Of a DNA stretch of 64,000 nt, positions 43,088 to 52,941 are shown in pieces. The notes beneath the pieces are model-generated. The model worked only from the letters and a program-made list of their open reading frames with translations, searched no databases and was not told the DNA's origin. How positions within the stretch are numbered: the first letter of the stretch is position 1; the number at the start of each line of letters is the position of its first letter. Made by a program: the position numbers and the translations under genes. The stretch is from assembly GCA_011050525.1 (NCBI GenBank), contig DRFO01000015.1, positions 8,112 through 72,111 of the forward strand, given 5' to 3'. The DNA is from Halopseudomonas xinjiangensis. GTDB taxonomy: Bacteria > Pseudomonadota > Gammaproteobacteria > Pseudomonadales > Pseudomonadaceae.

Positions 43088-44506
43088 ATGTTCACCCCCA
43101 ATATCGCCCAAACCAGGCCGTTTAATATCCCCGCAGCTCGTAGCTGCGATGCCAGAACCCTTTACAGCCTGCTTATGACAGAACCTGTTCCACTGAGCAG
43201 CCAGAACACGTCGCGGGAGTTTCTCAGAACCCAGCTTGGGAACGCCGCTGGGTTGCCCTGTGATATGCCCGAAAAATCAGATGAGCTGGGCAGCTGGATG
43301 GAGCGCCAGGCATTAAGTACCGGGGAGCGTTATGCCCATTATCTGGCGTCACGAAAAGCCGGCCAGCCGCGCCGCTACTTCACCTGCCGCTCGCATGCCC
43401 TTTCGTTTCTGCAACGGGTCGCTCCTACCAAGCTGGTGGACGGGGCCTGGCTGTACGGCGTCTTGCAAAACTGGACCGACGGACGCTTCTACCCGCTCAT
43501 TCGTACCTATCTCGAAGAGTTGGGCGACGGTGATCCGGCGCTAAATCATGTAGTACTTTATCAGCGGCTATTGAAGGAGAACGGCTGTGAAATTCTTCCG
43601 CAGCTCAGCGACGCCCATTATATGCAGGGCGCTATTCAGCTGGCGCTGGGATACAACGCAGATGAATTCACGCCTGAGTTGATTGGCTACAACCTGGGCT
43701 ACGAACAGCTGCCCCTGCATCTGTTGATCACCGCATTCGAGCTCACCGAGCTGCAAATAGATCCTTACTACTTCACGCTGCATGTGACCATAGACAACGC
43801 CAGCTCGGGGCACGCTCGCAAAGCCGTTCAGTCTGTACTGGATGCCATGCCGGCGGCCGGGGAAGCCGACGTCTTTCTGAGTCGCGTCGCCAATGGCTAT
43901 CGGCTCAATGACCTGGGGCTGAGTTCAACCGCCGTGATCGAATCCTTCGACCTGGAGCAGGAACTGGTCGATATGCTTGAGCGCAAGCGTATCTACGGCC
44001 AGCACGTGCATTCCGATTTCTGCCGTATTAATGGCCGTACGGTCAACGATTGGCTGGCCAAGCCCGGTCAGGTGCGAACCTTTTTGCAGGCCCTCGAAGG
44101 CAAGGGTTGGATTAAGCGGCATGAAGATCCCAAAAGCAGTCGTTTCTGGAACCTTATTGATGGTACCGATGCGAAGATGTTCGGCGTATTCAGCGCCTTT
44201 GAACAACAGCTTCTGCATGACTGGATTGCTGGGGACTGGTTTGGGGAGGGGGTCCAACCAGGGGTTCCACTGTCGGCTCGGCCGACTGCATTTCGTCCGC
44301 GGTCGCGGCGACACATGGCAGCCGCTGTACCGTCGCAGCCTGCTGCCGGCGATGTAGACCATGATCTGGCCGCACTGAGCAATGAGCTGAGTCTTCTGCC
44401 GGAGGAAATGCGCATGCAGCGGTTAATCAAGCTCATGGCGCCGTCAACGCATGCTTCCGCGGCCGGCCTGCTTGCCACTCGACTTTTTTCAGCCGCGCTT
44501 GGTTGA
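43088..44506 (+). CDS. Heme-oxygenase-like di-iron (iron-containing redox enzyme family) protein with N- and C-terminal extensions
   Basis: The ATG at 43088 follows CAGGAG and gives 472 aa. Candidate ligand helices are YLEELGDGDPALNH, GYEQLPLHLL, LHVTIDNASSGHA and FEQQLLHDW. Confidence 0.55.
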   Translation: MFTPNIAQTRPFNIPAARSCDARTLYSLLMTEPVPLSSQNTSREFLRTQLGNAAGLPCDMPEKSDELGSWMERQALSTGERYAHYLASRKAGQPRRYFTCRSHALSFLQRVAPTKLVDGAWLYGVLQNWTDGRFYPLIRTYLEELGDGDPALNHVVLYQRLLKENGCEILPQLSDAHYMQGAIQLALGYNADEFTPELIGYNLGYEQLPLHLLITAFELTELQIDPYYFTLHVTIDNASSGHARKAVQSVLDAMPAAGEADVFLSRVANGYRLNDLGLSSTAVIESFDLEQELVDMLERKRIYGQHVHSDFCRINGRTVNDWLAKPGQVRTFLQALEGKGWIKRHEDPKSSRFWNLIDGTDAKMFGVFSAFEQQLLHDWIAGDWFGEGVQPGVPLSARPTAFRPRSRRHMAAAVPSQPAAGDVDHDLAALSNELSLLPEEMRMQRLIKLMAPSTHASAAGLLATRLFSAALG

Positions 44507-44529
44507 GCCTTGATACCGGGGACCCGTTC

Positions 44530-45492
44530 ATGAAGCCAGCTCTTGATCACGCAGCCAATACGACTATCGATGCCGACCAGGGTTTGCTGCAACTTGGCAG
44601 GTATCTCAGCGAGACCGGGTATGCCCATATCGCTGTTACCCCGCTGACCCATCAGCACAACAACCACCGCGCGGTTGATGGCTCCGCGAAGGACATGCGC
44701 GATATATTCGGCTGGAGCAGGGCATTCAAGCGTTCGGCCGTGACCGACCAGCAGTTTCAGCTGATGCGTGACGCTGACATCCTTGTCCAGAACGGCGACC
44801 TGTGGCGGAGCAAGATAAGGTGGTCGAGTCTCGGTGATCTGCTTTGCGTTCATTCGGCTTATCCAACCGATGCCACCGAAGCGGTCTTCTTTGGTCCTGA
44901 TACCTATCGGTTCGCCCAGCTGGTGGAGCCCTTTCTGCAGACCAATAGCCATGCCATTCGGCGGGCGGTAGACATTGGCTGCGGCTCAGGTGCTGGTGCG
45001 ATGTTGATAGCCAGAGCCTGTCCGGCAGCGGAGGTGCTGGCGGTGGATATCAACCATCAGGCATTACGATTGACCCGGATCAACGCCCTGCTTGCCGGAA
45101 TCGGAAACGTTCAGCCGATATACAGCAATCTTCTGAATCACGTCGAAGGGCAATTCGACCTGATCATCGCCAACCCGCCCTATATGCTCGACGCGCAGGA
45201 GCGTGCCTATCGCCATGGTGGAGGCAAGCTGGGCGCTGGATTGTCAGTGAAGATTGTCGAGGCAGCGCTGGGGCGGCTAGCCCCTGGTGGCACATTGTTG
45301 CTTTACACGGGTGTCGCCATGATCGACGGTCGCGATCCGTTCTTGCAGACGCTTCAACAGCGTCTGGCCAATCTCTCCTGCACCTGGCGCTATCGCGAAA
45401 TGGACCCCGACGTATTTGGCGAAGAGCTGCTCAAGCCGGCGTATGCACAGGTTGAACGTATCGCGGCCGTTGCTCTGACCCTGAGCGTGTGA
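44530..45492 (+). CDS. Class I SAM-dependent methyltransferase with an NPPY (N-methylating) motif
   Basis: The SAM loop is VDIGCGSGAG, with an acidic loop VLAVD and the motif IIANPPYM. An N-terminal domain of about 130 aa has unknown function. The start may be ATG 44530 or TTG 44503. Confidence 0.8.
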   Translation: MKPALDHAANTTIDADQGLLQLGRYLSETGYAHIAVTPLTHQHNNHRAVDGSAKDMRDIFGWSRAFKRSAVTDQQFQLMRDADILVQNGDLWRSKIRWSSLGDLLCVHSAYPTDATEAVFFGPDTYRFAQLVEPFLQTNSHAIRRAVDIGCGSGAGAMLIARACPAAEVLAVDINHQALRLTRINALLAGIGNVQPIYSNLLNHVEGQFDLIIANPPYMLDAQERAYRHGGGKLGAGLSVKIVEAALGRLAPGGTLLLYTGVAMIDGRDPFLQTLQQRLANLSCTWRYREMDPDVFGEELLKPAYAQVERIAAVALTLSV

Positions 45493-45653
45493 CCCTCAGT
45501 CCTTGGCTGGTGTACCGCCGGGACTGATTTGGCTCTGCCCGTTTTCCTCTGCCGTTAATCAGCTGCGGCGTCTTGCAAAAAAGCGAGAATCGCCAATGCG
45601 CCGTTGGGCTGGACGCGCTACTATCGTCGAGCACTTTGGACACGGCCGCCCCT

Positions 45654-46310
45654 ATGGACTTTCTTAATCCACGCATTCTCCAGATCAATGCCGCCACGGC
45701 AGAACCGTTAGAGGTTGGCCAACGCGTCGCCCGTACGGGCCATTTCAAGCGAGCTGTGGCTGGTCCGGTCGCCATTGCTGAATTCGGAATCCCCGGCGAT
45801 TTCATTGGTAATCATAAGCACCACGGGGGCGTGGATCAGGCCATTTATCTCTACAGTCAGGAAGACGCGCAGTGGTGGGGAAAGCTACTGCAACGAGAAA
45901 TCGAACCGGGATTTTTTGGCGAGAATCTGACCATTTCCCATTGGTGGCCTGATGCGCGAGTGGGTGACAGGCTTCATTGCGGCTCCCTGGTTCTGGAGCT
46001 GACCGGACCCCGCACCCCCTGTGCCACGCTTGAGGCTCGTGCTGGTTTGCCAGGTCTTTCCAAGGCCTTTATCAAGGCTGAGCGGTGTGGCGCTTATGCT
46101 CGGGTGATCAGCCCCGGCAACCTTTCTGCTGAGGAAACACTCGTGGTCAGGCCTGGCGCTACGCAACATCCAACTATCGCCCAGGTGTTCAGGTACTGGC
46201 ATGGAAAGGGCGACGACGAAGCCTTTCTGCGGGCAGCCCTGAACGCTCCGATCGCCGAGCGCATCAGCGCCAGGCTCGGTCAGCGGTTGGCGAGAATGGC
46301 AACAAACTGA
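45654..46310 (+). CDS. MOSC domain protein, YiiM-like
   Basis: The ATG at 45654 gives 218 aa containing HHGGVDQAIYLY, GENLT and the conserved Cys in LTGPRTPCATLE. A C-terminal helical tail is present. Confidence 0.8.
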   Translation: MDFLNPRILQINAATAEPLEVGQRVARTGHFKRAVAGPVAIAEFGIPGDFIGNHKHHGGVDQAIYLYSQEDAQWWGKLLQREIEPGFFGENLTISHWWPDARVGDRLHCGSLVLELTGPRTPCATLEARAGLPGLSKAFIKAERCGAYARVISPGNLSAEETLVVRPGATQHPTIAQVFRYWHGKGDDEAFLRAALNAPIAERISARLGQRLARMATN

Positions 46311-46320
46311 GGAGAAGCCT

Positions 46321-46728
46321 ATGACAAGATGGATGGTGGGCGCTCTGATGCTGGTTCCAATGCTGGCCAGCGCTGAGCCCTGCGCCGATGCAGAAGATAC
46401 TGTGGCGATAAACGAATGCATTCATGCTGAGGTGGAGAAGGCGGAAGAAGAGCTGGACAGGTATCTGCAAGCTAGTCGTGAGCGCCATGCCGAACAGGTA
46501 GATGCGGTAGTCACCATGGAAGCCGCCCACGGCGCATGGCTGCGTTTCCGTGACAGCCATTGCCTGGCGGTTTACGACCTCTGGTCTGATGGGACTATCC
46601 GTGGCGCGATGCTGGGCAATTGTCTGCTGAAACATACCCGGCGCCGAACACATGACATCTGGCAGGTCTACCTCGCGACCATGGATTCGTCCGAGCCAGC
46701 GCTGCCTGAGCCAGAATTGGCCGACTGA
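46321..46728 (+). CDS. DUF1311 (LprI-like, lysozyme-inhibitor N-terminal domain) periplasmic protein
   Basis: 135 aa with a signal peptide (MTRWMVGALMLVPMLASA), INECIHAEVEKAEEELDRY and WLRFRDSHC. Confidence 0.7.
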   Translation: MTRWMVGALMLVPMLASAEPCADAEDTVAINECIHAEVEKAEEELDRYLQASRERHAEQVDAVVTMEAAHGAWLRFRDSHCLAVYDLWSDGTIRGAMLGNCLLKHTRRRTHDIWQVYLATMDSSEPALPEPELAD

Positions 46729-46735
46729 GCCTGTG

Positions 46736-47140
46736 ATGACCAGCGGGGCGATATACAGCTTGCTTGCCGACGTCGTGCTGACGACGCATCTGGCTCTGGT
46801 CGTCTTCGTAGTGCTGGGGCTGGTCGTCGTGTGGGTGGGGAATTTTTGCCATTGGCGCTGGGTAAACAATCTGTGGTTTCGCCTGGCGCACCTTGCCACC
46901 ATCCTGATTGTTGTAGCAGAGGCGTGGCTCGGCGTGGTTTGCCCGCTGACAACACTGGAAATGTGGTTGCGAGCTCAGGCTGGAGCCACTGCCTATGCTG
47001 GCGGATTCATCGAGTACTGGATGCAGCGGATACTTTACTACACGGCCCCGGACTGGGTGTTTATAGTGATCTATACGGTGTTCGCCGGGGTGGTGGCAGC
47101 CACTTTCTGGTGGTTTCCGCCACGTTACAGATCCCGCTAA
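46736..47140 (+). CDS. DUF2784 membrane protein
   Basis: The ATG at 46736 gives 134 aa containing WRWVNNLWFRLAHLATI and GVVCPLTTLEMWLR. Confidence 0.7.
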   Translation: MTSGAIYSLLADVVLTTHLALVVFVVLGLVVVWVGNFCHWRWVNNLWFRLAHLATILIVVAEAWLGVVCPLTTLEMWLRAQAGATAYAGGFIEYWMQRILYYTAPDWVFIVIYTVFAGVVAATFWWFPPRYRSR

Positions 47141-47143
47141 GCA

Positions 47144-47172
47144 AGGTGCACCCCTATTTCAGATGTGCACCT
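47144..47172. terminator. Hairpin between convergent genes
   Basis: AGGTGCAC (47144-47151) pairs with GTGCACCT (47165-47172) across a 13-nt loop. There is no clear U-tract. Confidence 0.35.
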
Positions 47173-47178
47173 CATCCA

Positions 47179-48360
47179 TCAGTTGCGTTCAAGCGCCAGG
47201 GCCACACCCTGGCCGCCACCGATGCAGAGTGTCGCCAACCCTTTTTTGGCGTCACGCCGAATCATTTCATGTAGCAGGCTGACCAGCACCCGGCATCCGG
47301 ACGCGCCAATTGGATGACCAAGGGCTATGGCGCCGCCGTTTACGTTGACCTTCGCCGGGTCCCATTGCAGTTCCTTGCCGACCGCCAGCGCCTGGGCCGC
47401 AAATGCTTCGTTCGCTTCAATCAGATCCAGTTCGTCCAGCGTCCAGCCTGCTTTGCTCAGGCAGCGCTGGGTAGCGGACACCGGGGCGATACCCATAATG
47501 GCTGGGTCGACACCCGCATTGGCGTAGGCCGCTATTCGTGCCAGCACCGGTAGGCCCAGTTCGGCTGCCTTCTCCGCGCTCATGAGCATAACTGCCGCAG
47601 CTCCGTCATTCAGGCCAGAGGCATTCCCGGCGGTAACGCTGCCGTCTTTGCTGAACGCAGGGCGCAACTTGGCCAGGGCGTCGGCGGTGGTGCCTGGGCG
47701 TGGTTGTTCATCTCTGGTTATCTGTAACGGCTCGCCCTTGCGCTGGGGCACACTGACTGGCGTGATCTCCTGGTCGAAACGGCCTGCTTCCTGCGCTGCC
47801 ACTGCTTTCTGCTGGGAGGCTGCGGCGAAGGCATCCTGGTCTTCACGGCTGATCTGATACTTCTGCACCAGGTTTTCTGCCGTTATTCCCATGTGATAGT
47901 CGTTGAATGCATCCCAGAGGCCATCATGAATCATACTGTCGACCAGCTTGCCATGACCCATGCGCTGGCCCGTGCGCGAGGTGGGCAGCAGGTGAGGGGA
48001 CAAACTCATGGATTCCTGCCCGCCAGCGATGACTATCTGAGCGTCACCACAACGGATTGCCTGGGCTCCAAGGTGCAGGGCTTTGAGGCCTGAACCACAC
48101 ACCTTGTTCAGGTTCATCGCCGGCACGCTGTGCGGCAGACCGCCGTGGATGGCTGCCTGACGCGCCGGGTTCTGACCGCAACCGGCGGTTAGCACCTGAC
48201 CGAGAATAACCTCATCCACGCTAACGGGGTCCACTTTGGTCTGGGATAACAGAGCGCGAATGACAGTAGCCCCCAGCTCATGGGCGGGGATATTGGCGAA
48301 CTGACCGGCAAAACTGCCTATGGCTGTACGGGTGGCGGCAACAATCACGACTTCTTGCAT
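47179..48360 (-). CDS. atoB: Acetyl-CoA C-acetyltransferase (thiolase II)
   Basis: The ATG at 48360 follows GAGGAG and gives [19 protein letters not shown]. Other motifs are the active-site Cys in [10 protein letters not shown] and C-terminal [15 protein letters not shown] and CIGGGQG. Confidence 0.93.
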   Translation of the reverse strand: MQEVVIVAATRTAIGSFAGQFANIPAHELGATVIRALLSQTKVDPVSVDEVILGQVLTAGCGQNPARQAAIHGGLPHSVPAMNLNKVCGSGLKALHLGAQAIRCGDAQIVIAGGQESMSLSPHLLPTSRTGQRMGHGKLVDSMIHDGLWDAFNDYHMGITAENLVQKYQISREDQDAFAAASQQKAVAAQEAGRFDQEITPVSVPQRKGEPLQITRDEQPRPGTTADALAKLRPAFSKDGSVTAGNASGLNDGAAAVMLMSAEKAAELGLPVLARIAAYANAGVDPAIMGIAPVSATQRCLSKAGWTLDELDLIEANEAFAAQALAVGKELQWDPAKVNVNGGAIALGHPIGASGCRVLVSLLHEMIRRDAKKGLATLCIGGGQGVALALERN

Positions 48361-48449
48361 GAACGACTCCTCTAGTCCCGCTCTGGAAAGACACAAGAAT
48401 AGAGGCGTCGGTCATCAAGGACAACAGGCGGGTGCCGACCGGCACTTTT

Positions 48450-50390
48450 TCAGCCTTTGTTGAGACGATTGGCAATCAGTTCATCCACTACGGCCGGGTC
48501 AGCCAGCGTAGAGGTGTCACCCAGGGTATCCAGTTCATCGCAGGCGATCTTGCGCAAGATGCGGCGCATGATTTTGCCTGATCGGGTTTTTGGTAGCCCC
48601 GGGGTCCATTGTATGAAGTCAGGTTTGGCGAAGGACCCCACCTGGTCAGTGACGAACGCCTTGAGCTCCTTGATCATGTCGTCGGTTGGCGTCACTCCGC
48701 GCATGGGCATTACATAGGCATAGATGCATTGGCCTTTGATATCGTGGGGGCATCCCACTACCGCGGCCTCTGCCACGGAATCGTGTTGCACCAGGGCGCT
48801 TTCGACTTCGGCCGTCCCGATGCGGTGGCCTGAAACGTTCAGCACGTCGTCAACCCGTCCGGTAATCCAGTAATACCCGTCTTCATCACGGCGGGCACCA
48901 TCTCCGGTGAAGTACACGCCTTTATAGGCGCTGAAGTAGGTGTCGATGAGCCTTTGATGATCACCATAAACGGTTCGGATCTGGCTGGGCCAGGACCGTT
49001 TGATCACCAGATTGCCACTGGCTGCCCCATGCAGTTCGTTGCCTTCTGGATCGTATAGCGCGGGTTCGACGCCGAAGAAGGGCCGGGTTGCCGAGCCTGG
49101 CTTGAGATCGGTCGCGCCGGGCAGCGGGGTGATCATGATTGCACCGGTCTCGGTCTGCCACCAGGTATCGACAATAGGGCAGCGCATCTGGCCGACGACA
49201 TGGTAATACCATTCCCAGGCTTCGGGGTTGATCGGCTCTCCTACGGTGCCGAGCAGGCGAAGGCTGGCGCGGGAGGTAGAGGTGACGGCCTCGTTACCCT
49301 GCGACATCAATGCGCGGATGGCGGTGGGTGCGGTGTAAAAAATGTTGACCTTGTGCTTATCAATGACCTGCCAGCAACGCGACGCATCGGGGTAGGTGGG
49401 CACGCCTTCGAACATCAGGGTGGTGGCGCCATTGCACAGAGGGCCATAGACGATGTAGGAATGGCCGGTGATCCAGCCGACGTCGGCGGTACACCAGTAG
49501 ATTTCTCCGGGGTGGTAGTCGAACACGTAGTGATGGGTCATGGCCGAGCCAAGCAGATAACCGGCGGTGGTATGCAGCACCCCTTTAGGTTTGCCGGTCG
49601 AGCCGGAGGTATACAGGATGAATAGGGGGTCTTCACTGTCCATTGGCTCTGCTGCGCAGTCGGCGCTGACCTGAGCGCAGGCCTGGTCGTACCAGATGTC
49701 ACGCCCCTCGTTCCAGGCAATATCGCCACCGGTGCGTTTGACGGTAACGACAGTGTGGACGTTGGGGCATTCTTTCAGCGCTTTCTCCACGTTCTGCTTG
49801 AGAGGGACCCGCTTGCCACCACGCACGCCTTCGTCAGCCGTGATAACGGTCTGGCAATCGGCATCATTGATGCGATCACGCAGGGCGTCCGGCGAAAAAC
49901 CACCGAACACGACTGAATGCACTGCCCCAATGCGCGCGCAGGCAAGCATCGCATAGGCTGCTTCGGGAATCATGGGCATGTACAGGCAAACGCGGTCGCC
50001 CTTTTTCACGCCGCGGCTCTTCAACACATTGGCCAGACGACAAACCTGTTCATGCAGTTGTTTGTAGCTAATGTTTTTTGCGTCGCCGGGGTCATCGCCT
50101 TCCCAGATAATGGCTGTCTGGTCCCCCCGGGTGGATAGATGACGATCAATACAGTTAGTGCTTACGTTCAGTTTGCCATCGATAAACCAGGCGGCTTCGC
50201 CTTTGGTGAGATCGCTTTCGTGCACCTTGGACCAGGGCTTCTCCCAATCGAGGAAGCGATTGGCCTGCTCTTCCCAGAACTGATCCGGTTGCTCGATCGA
50301 CTGTTTGTAGAGTCTTTCGTAGCCCGCTTCGTCAACGTGGCTGTTGGCATGTGCCGCATCGGATATCTTGTGGTTCTCGATTTTATACAT
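48450..50390 (-). CDS. acs: Acetyl-CoA synthetase (acetate--CoA ligase)
   Basis: 646 aa containing [19 protein letters not shown] and [13 protein letters not shown]. Confidence 0.97.
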   Translation of the reverse strand: MYKIENHKISDAAHANSHVDEAGYERLYKQSIEQPDQFWEEQANRFLDWEKPWSKVHESDLTKGEAAWFIDGKLNVSTNCIDRHLSTRGDQTAIIWEGDDPGDAKNISYKQLHEQVCRLANVLKSRGVKKGDRVCLYMPMIPEAAYAMLACARIGAVHSVVFGGFSPDALRDRINDADCQTVITADEGVRGGKRVPLKQNVEKALKECPNVHTVVTVKRTGGDIAWNEGRDIWYDQACAQVSADCAAEPMDSEDPLFILYTSGSTGKPKGVLHTTAGYLLGSAMTHHYVFDYHPGEIYWCTADVGWITGHSYIVYGPLCNGATTLMFEGVPTYPDASRCWQVIDKHKVNIFYTAPTAIRALMSQGNEAVTSTSRASLRLLGTVGEPINPEAWEWYYHVVGQMRCPIVDTWWQTETGAIMITPLPGATDLKPGSATRPFFGVEPALYDPEGNELHGAASGNLVIKRSWPSQIRTVYGDHQRLIDTYFSAYKGVYFTGDGARRDEDGYYWITGRVDDVLNVSGHRIGTAEVESALVQHDSVAEAAVVGCPHDIKGQCIYAYVMPMRGVTPTDDMIKELKAFVTDQVGSFAKPDFIQWTPGLPKTRSGKIMRRILRKIACDELDTLGDTSTLADPAVVDELIANRLNKG

Positions 50391-50644
50391 GGGAAGGCCC
50401 TCTTGTTATGTGGAACAGGTCCTGACATCAGCCAATCGAGGTCGGCTGCCTGGGTCGCAGGACTGCGCAAATTTGGGCTTTAGATTTGATCATTATCCTG
50501 CTGAGTTCAACCCTTCTTTGGTCTGATATGACCAGAGAGGCGATACTTACGGAGGGGTCAGCAGGGTCACAGATAAGATGGCACGCTGGAGGGCGAGGCT
50601 TTCAGGCGCGGCAGGGAGGTGCCGGAGTGCTCCGGCATTTAAAG

Positions 50645-51496
50645 TCAGTTCACTTTGAAACAGAGGTTGTCGATAAGGCGGGTCTTCCCGACAAAGGCTG
50701 CGGCTAACGCTACCATTTCCCTTGTCTCAGGCGTGGCGGGCTGCAAGGTCAAGGCGTCACGCAGATCCAGGTAGTCTGGCTGCATGCCTGCCTGGACCAG
50801 CGCCAGGCGAGCCTCTTCCATCACTTTCACGTAATCGTGGCGCCCGTTTTGCACTTGTTCAGCAATCTGCTTCAACGTTCTGTAGAGCGTCGGGGCTATG
50901 CGCCGCTCCTCTGTGCTCAGGTAGCCATTGCGGGAAGACAAAGCCAGGCCGTCCGCGGCGCGAACTGTCGGTTCTCCCATTATCTGGACAGGCAGACACA
51001 GGTCATAGGCCATCTTGCGGATAACAGCGAGCTGCTGGTAATCCTTCTGACCGAATACCGCCAGGTCCGGCTGGGCGATATTCAACAGCTTGCTGACGAC
51101 CGTAGCCACTCCTTCGAAGTGGCCTGGCCGACTGGCCCCGCACAAGCCCTCTGAAACAACCGGCACGCTCACCCGGGCATGGCCCTCCATACCACCGGGA
51201 TACATCTCTGCGACATTCGGAGCGAAGATCAGGTGAGCACCGGCATCCAGCAGCTTGCTCTGATCCTCTGCCAGGGTGCGTGGGTAGCTTTCCAGATCTT
51301 CGGTGGGACCGAATTGCAGGGGATTGACGAAGATGCTCACCACTACATAATCCGTTCTCTGGAGAGCCTTTTCTACCAGGGCTATGTGACCAGCGTGCAG
51401 ATTACCCATGGTTGGCACCAGGCCGATCCGCTTGCCGTCTTCGCGCGCACGGGCGATGGCCGCGCGCAGTTGCGCAATGCTGTGCAGGGTATTCAT
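50645..51496 (-). CDS. panC: Pantoate--beta-alanine ligase
   Basis: 283 aa containing [11 protein letters not shown] and FGQKDYQQ. Confidence 0.95.
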   Translation of the reverse strand: MNTLHSIAQLRAAIARAREDGKRIGLVPTMGNLHAGHIALVEKALQRTDYVVVSIFVNPLQFGPTEDLESYPRTLAEDQSKLLDAGAHLIFAPNVAEMYPGGMEGHARVSVPVVSEGLCGASRPGHFEGVATVVSKLLNIAQPDLAVFGQKDYQQLAVIRKMAYDLCLPVQIMGEPTVRAADGLALSSRNGYLSTEERRIAPTLYRTLKQIAEQVQNGRHDYVKVMEEARLALVQAGMQPDYLDLRDALTLQPATPETREMVALAAAFVGKTRLIDNLCFKVN

Positions 51497-51499
51497 CGG

Positions 51500-52294
51500 T
51501 CAGAACTCGTGTTCAGCTGCTGGAAACTCGACATTTTTTACCGCGTCTACATAGGCTTTGACAGCCGATTGCACATCAGAGTGCTCAAGCATGAAGTTTT
51601 TCACGAAGCGGGGCAGCCTTCCGGTGATGGATAGGCCGAGCAGATCGTGAACTACCAGGACCTGACCATCGGTACCGCTGCCTGCCCCGATGCCAATTAC
51701 TGGAATCTGAACCGCAGCGGTAATTTCATTGGCCAGTGAGCTGGGGATACATTCCAGCAACAGCATGCTGGCTCCGGCGGCTTCGAGCGCCCGTGCATCA
51801 TCCAGCAACGCTCGGGCTTGAGCCTGCTCGCGTCCCTGCACCTTGTATCCGCCGATTACGTTTACAGTCTGCGGAGTAAGGCCAAGGTGCACGCATACCG
51901 GCACACCGTTGCGCACCAGTGTAGTAACGGTTTCGGCCAGCCAGCCCGCGCCTTCAAGCTTTACCATGTGCGCGCCGGACTGCATCAGCCTGGCGCTGTT
52001 GTCAATTGCCTGGCCGACGGTGGCGTAGCTCATGAACGGCAGGTCGGCCATGATAAAGGCACCTGTGTTGCCGCGTTTGACCGACTGGGTGTGGTAGGCC
52101 ATGTCATCAATGCTGACGGGCAGGGTGCTGTCATGGCCCTGCAAGACCATACCCAGTGAATCACCCACTAATATCACCTCGACGCCTGCCTGGTTTTCCA
52201 GGTGGGCAAAGGTGGCATCATAGGCCGTCAGGCATACGATTTTTTCACCAGCGCGCTTGAGCTTGTTGAGGGTAGTCAAAGTCACATCAGGCAT
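51500..52294 (-). CDS. panB: 3-methyl-2-oxobutanoate hydroxymethyltransferase
   Basis: 264 aa containing [14 protein letters not shown] and VKLEGG-like (VKLEGAG) motifs. Confidence 0.95.
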   Translation of the reverse strand: MPDVTLTTLNKLKRAGEKIVCLTAYDATFAHLENQAGVEVILVGDSLGMVLQGHDSTLPVSIDDMAYHTQSVKRGNTGAFIMADLPFMSYATVGQAIDNSARLMQSGAHMVKLEGAGWLAETVTTLVRNGVPVCVHLGLTPQTVNVIGGYKVQGREQAQARALLDDARALEAAGASMLLLECIPSSLANEITAAVQIPVIGIGAGSGTDGQVLVVHDLLGLSITGRLPRFVKNFMLEHSDVQSAVKAYVDAVKNVEFPAAEHEF

Positions 52295-52434
52295 GGCAAA
52301 TCCCAGTTTTTTCGGCCCTTGAAGGCAGTATATCTATGGTGAATCCCTGTGCTGAACTCCGAATCCGGAGCACGACACCCTAAGGGCGTTCACATTGAAA
52401 GTATAGTCATGATGGCCGTGAACACGGTTGGTTT

Positions 52435-52941
52435 TCATGACTCAAGCCAGGCCGGAGGCGCCGGCAAACGCACCAGGTCGTCCGACATACATTCGGACAA
52501 CAGCTGTTGCAGCGCCGTGCCATCCGGCATGATCAGTTCAGGTGCCAGCTCGGCCAGCGGATAGAGCACAAAGGCCCGAGCATGCATATGGTAATGGGGG
52601 ATGCACAGCCGATCACTGTTCAGGGTGAGGTTGTCGAACAGCAGTATGTCCAGATCAAGTGTACGGGGTCCCCAGCGTTCGGCCTTGCGCGTTCTGCCAT
52701 GCTGCTGTTCGATGTCCTGCAGCGCATCCAGAAGGCCTACTGGCTCCAGCGCCGTATCCAGCAACGCAACCGCATTGATGTAGCTAGGCTGATCCTGGGG
52801 CCCCAGTGGTGCGCTGGAATACAACGACGAACGCGCGCGCAGTACCGATTGGGGAATCCGGCCAATAGCTTCCAGAGCCCTACTTACCTGGGAAGCGGGA
52901 TTGTCTTGATTGCTTCCCAGGCCGATGAAGCACCTGGCCAT
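52435..52941 (-). CDS. folK: 2-amino-4-hydroxy-6-hydroxymethyldihydropteridine diphosphokinase
   Basis: 168 aa containing IGLGSN, WGPRTLDLDILL and IPHY. Its start overlaps the pcnB stop (TGATG). Confidence 0.93.
   Translation of the reverse strand: MARCFIGLGSNQDNPASQVSRALEAIGRIPQSVLRARSSLYSSAPLGPQDQPSYINAVALLDTALEPVGLLDALQDIEQQHGRTRKAERWGPRTLDLDILLFDNLTLNSDRLCIPHYHMHARAFVLYPLAELAPELIMPDGTALQQLLSECMSDDLVRLPAPPAWLES

Noticed and set aside
50579-50594. TGGCAC on the plus strand upstream of acs/panC, as a possible sigma54 promoter.
   Set aside because: There is no TTGC/GC element at the -12 spacing (the sequence there is AGGG). Its orientation would drive transcription antisense into panC.
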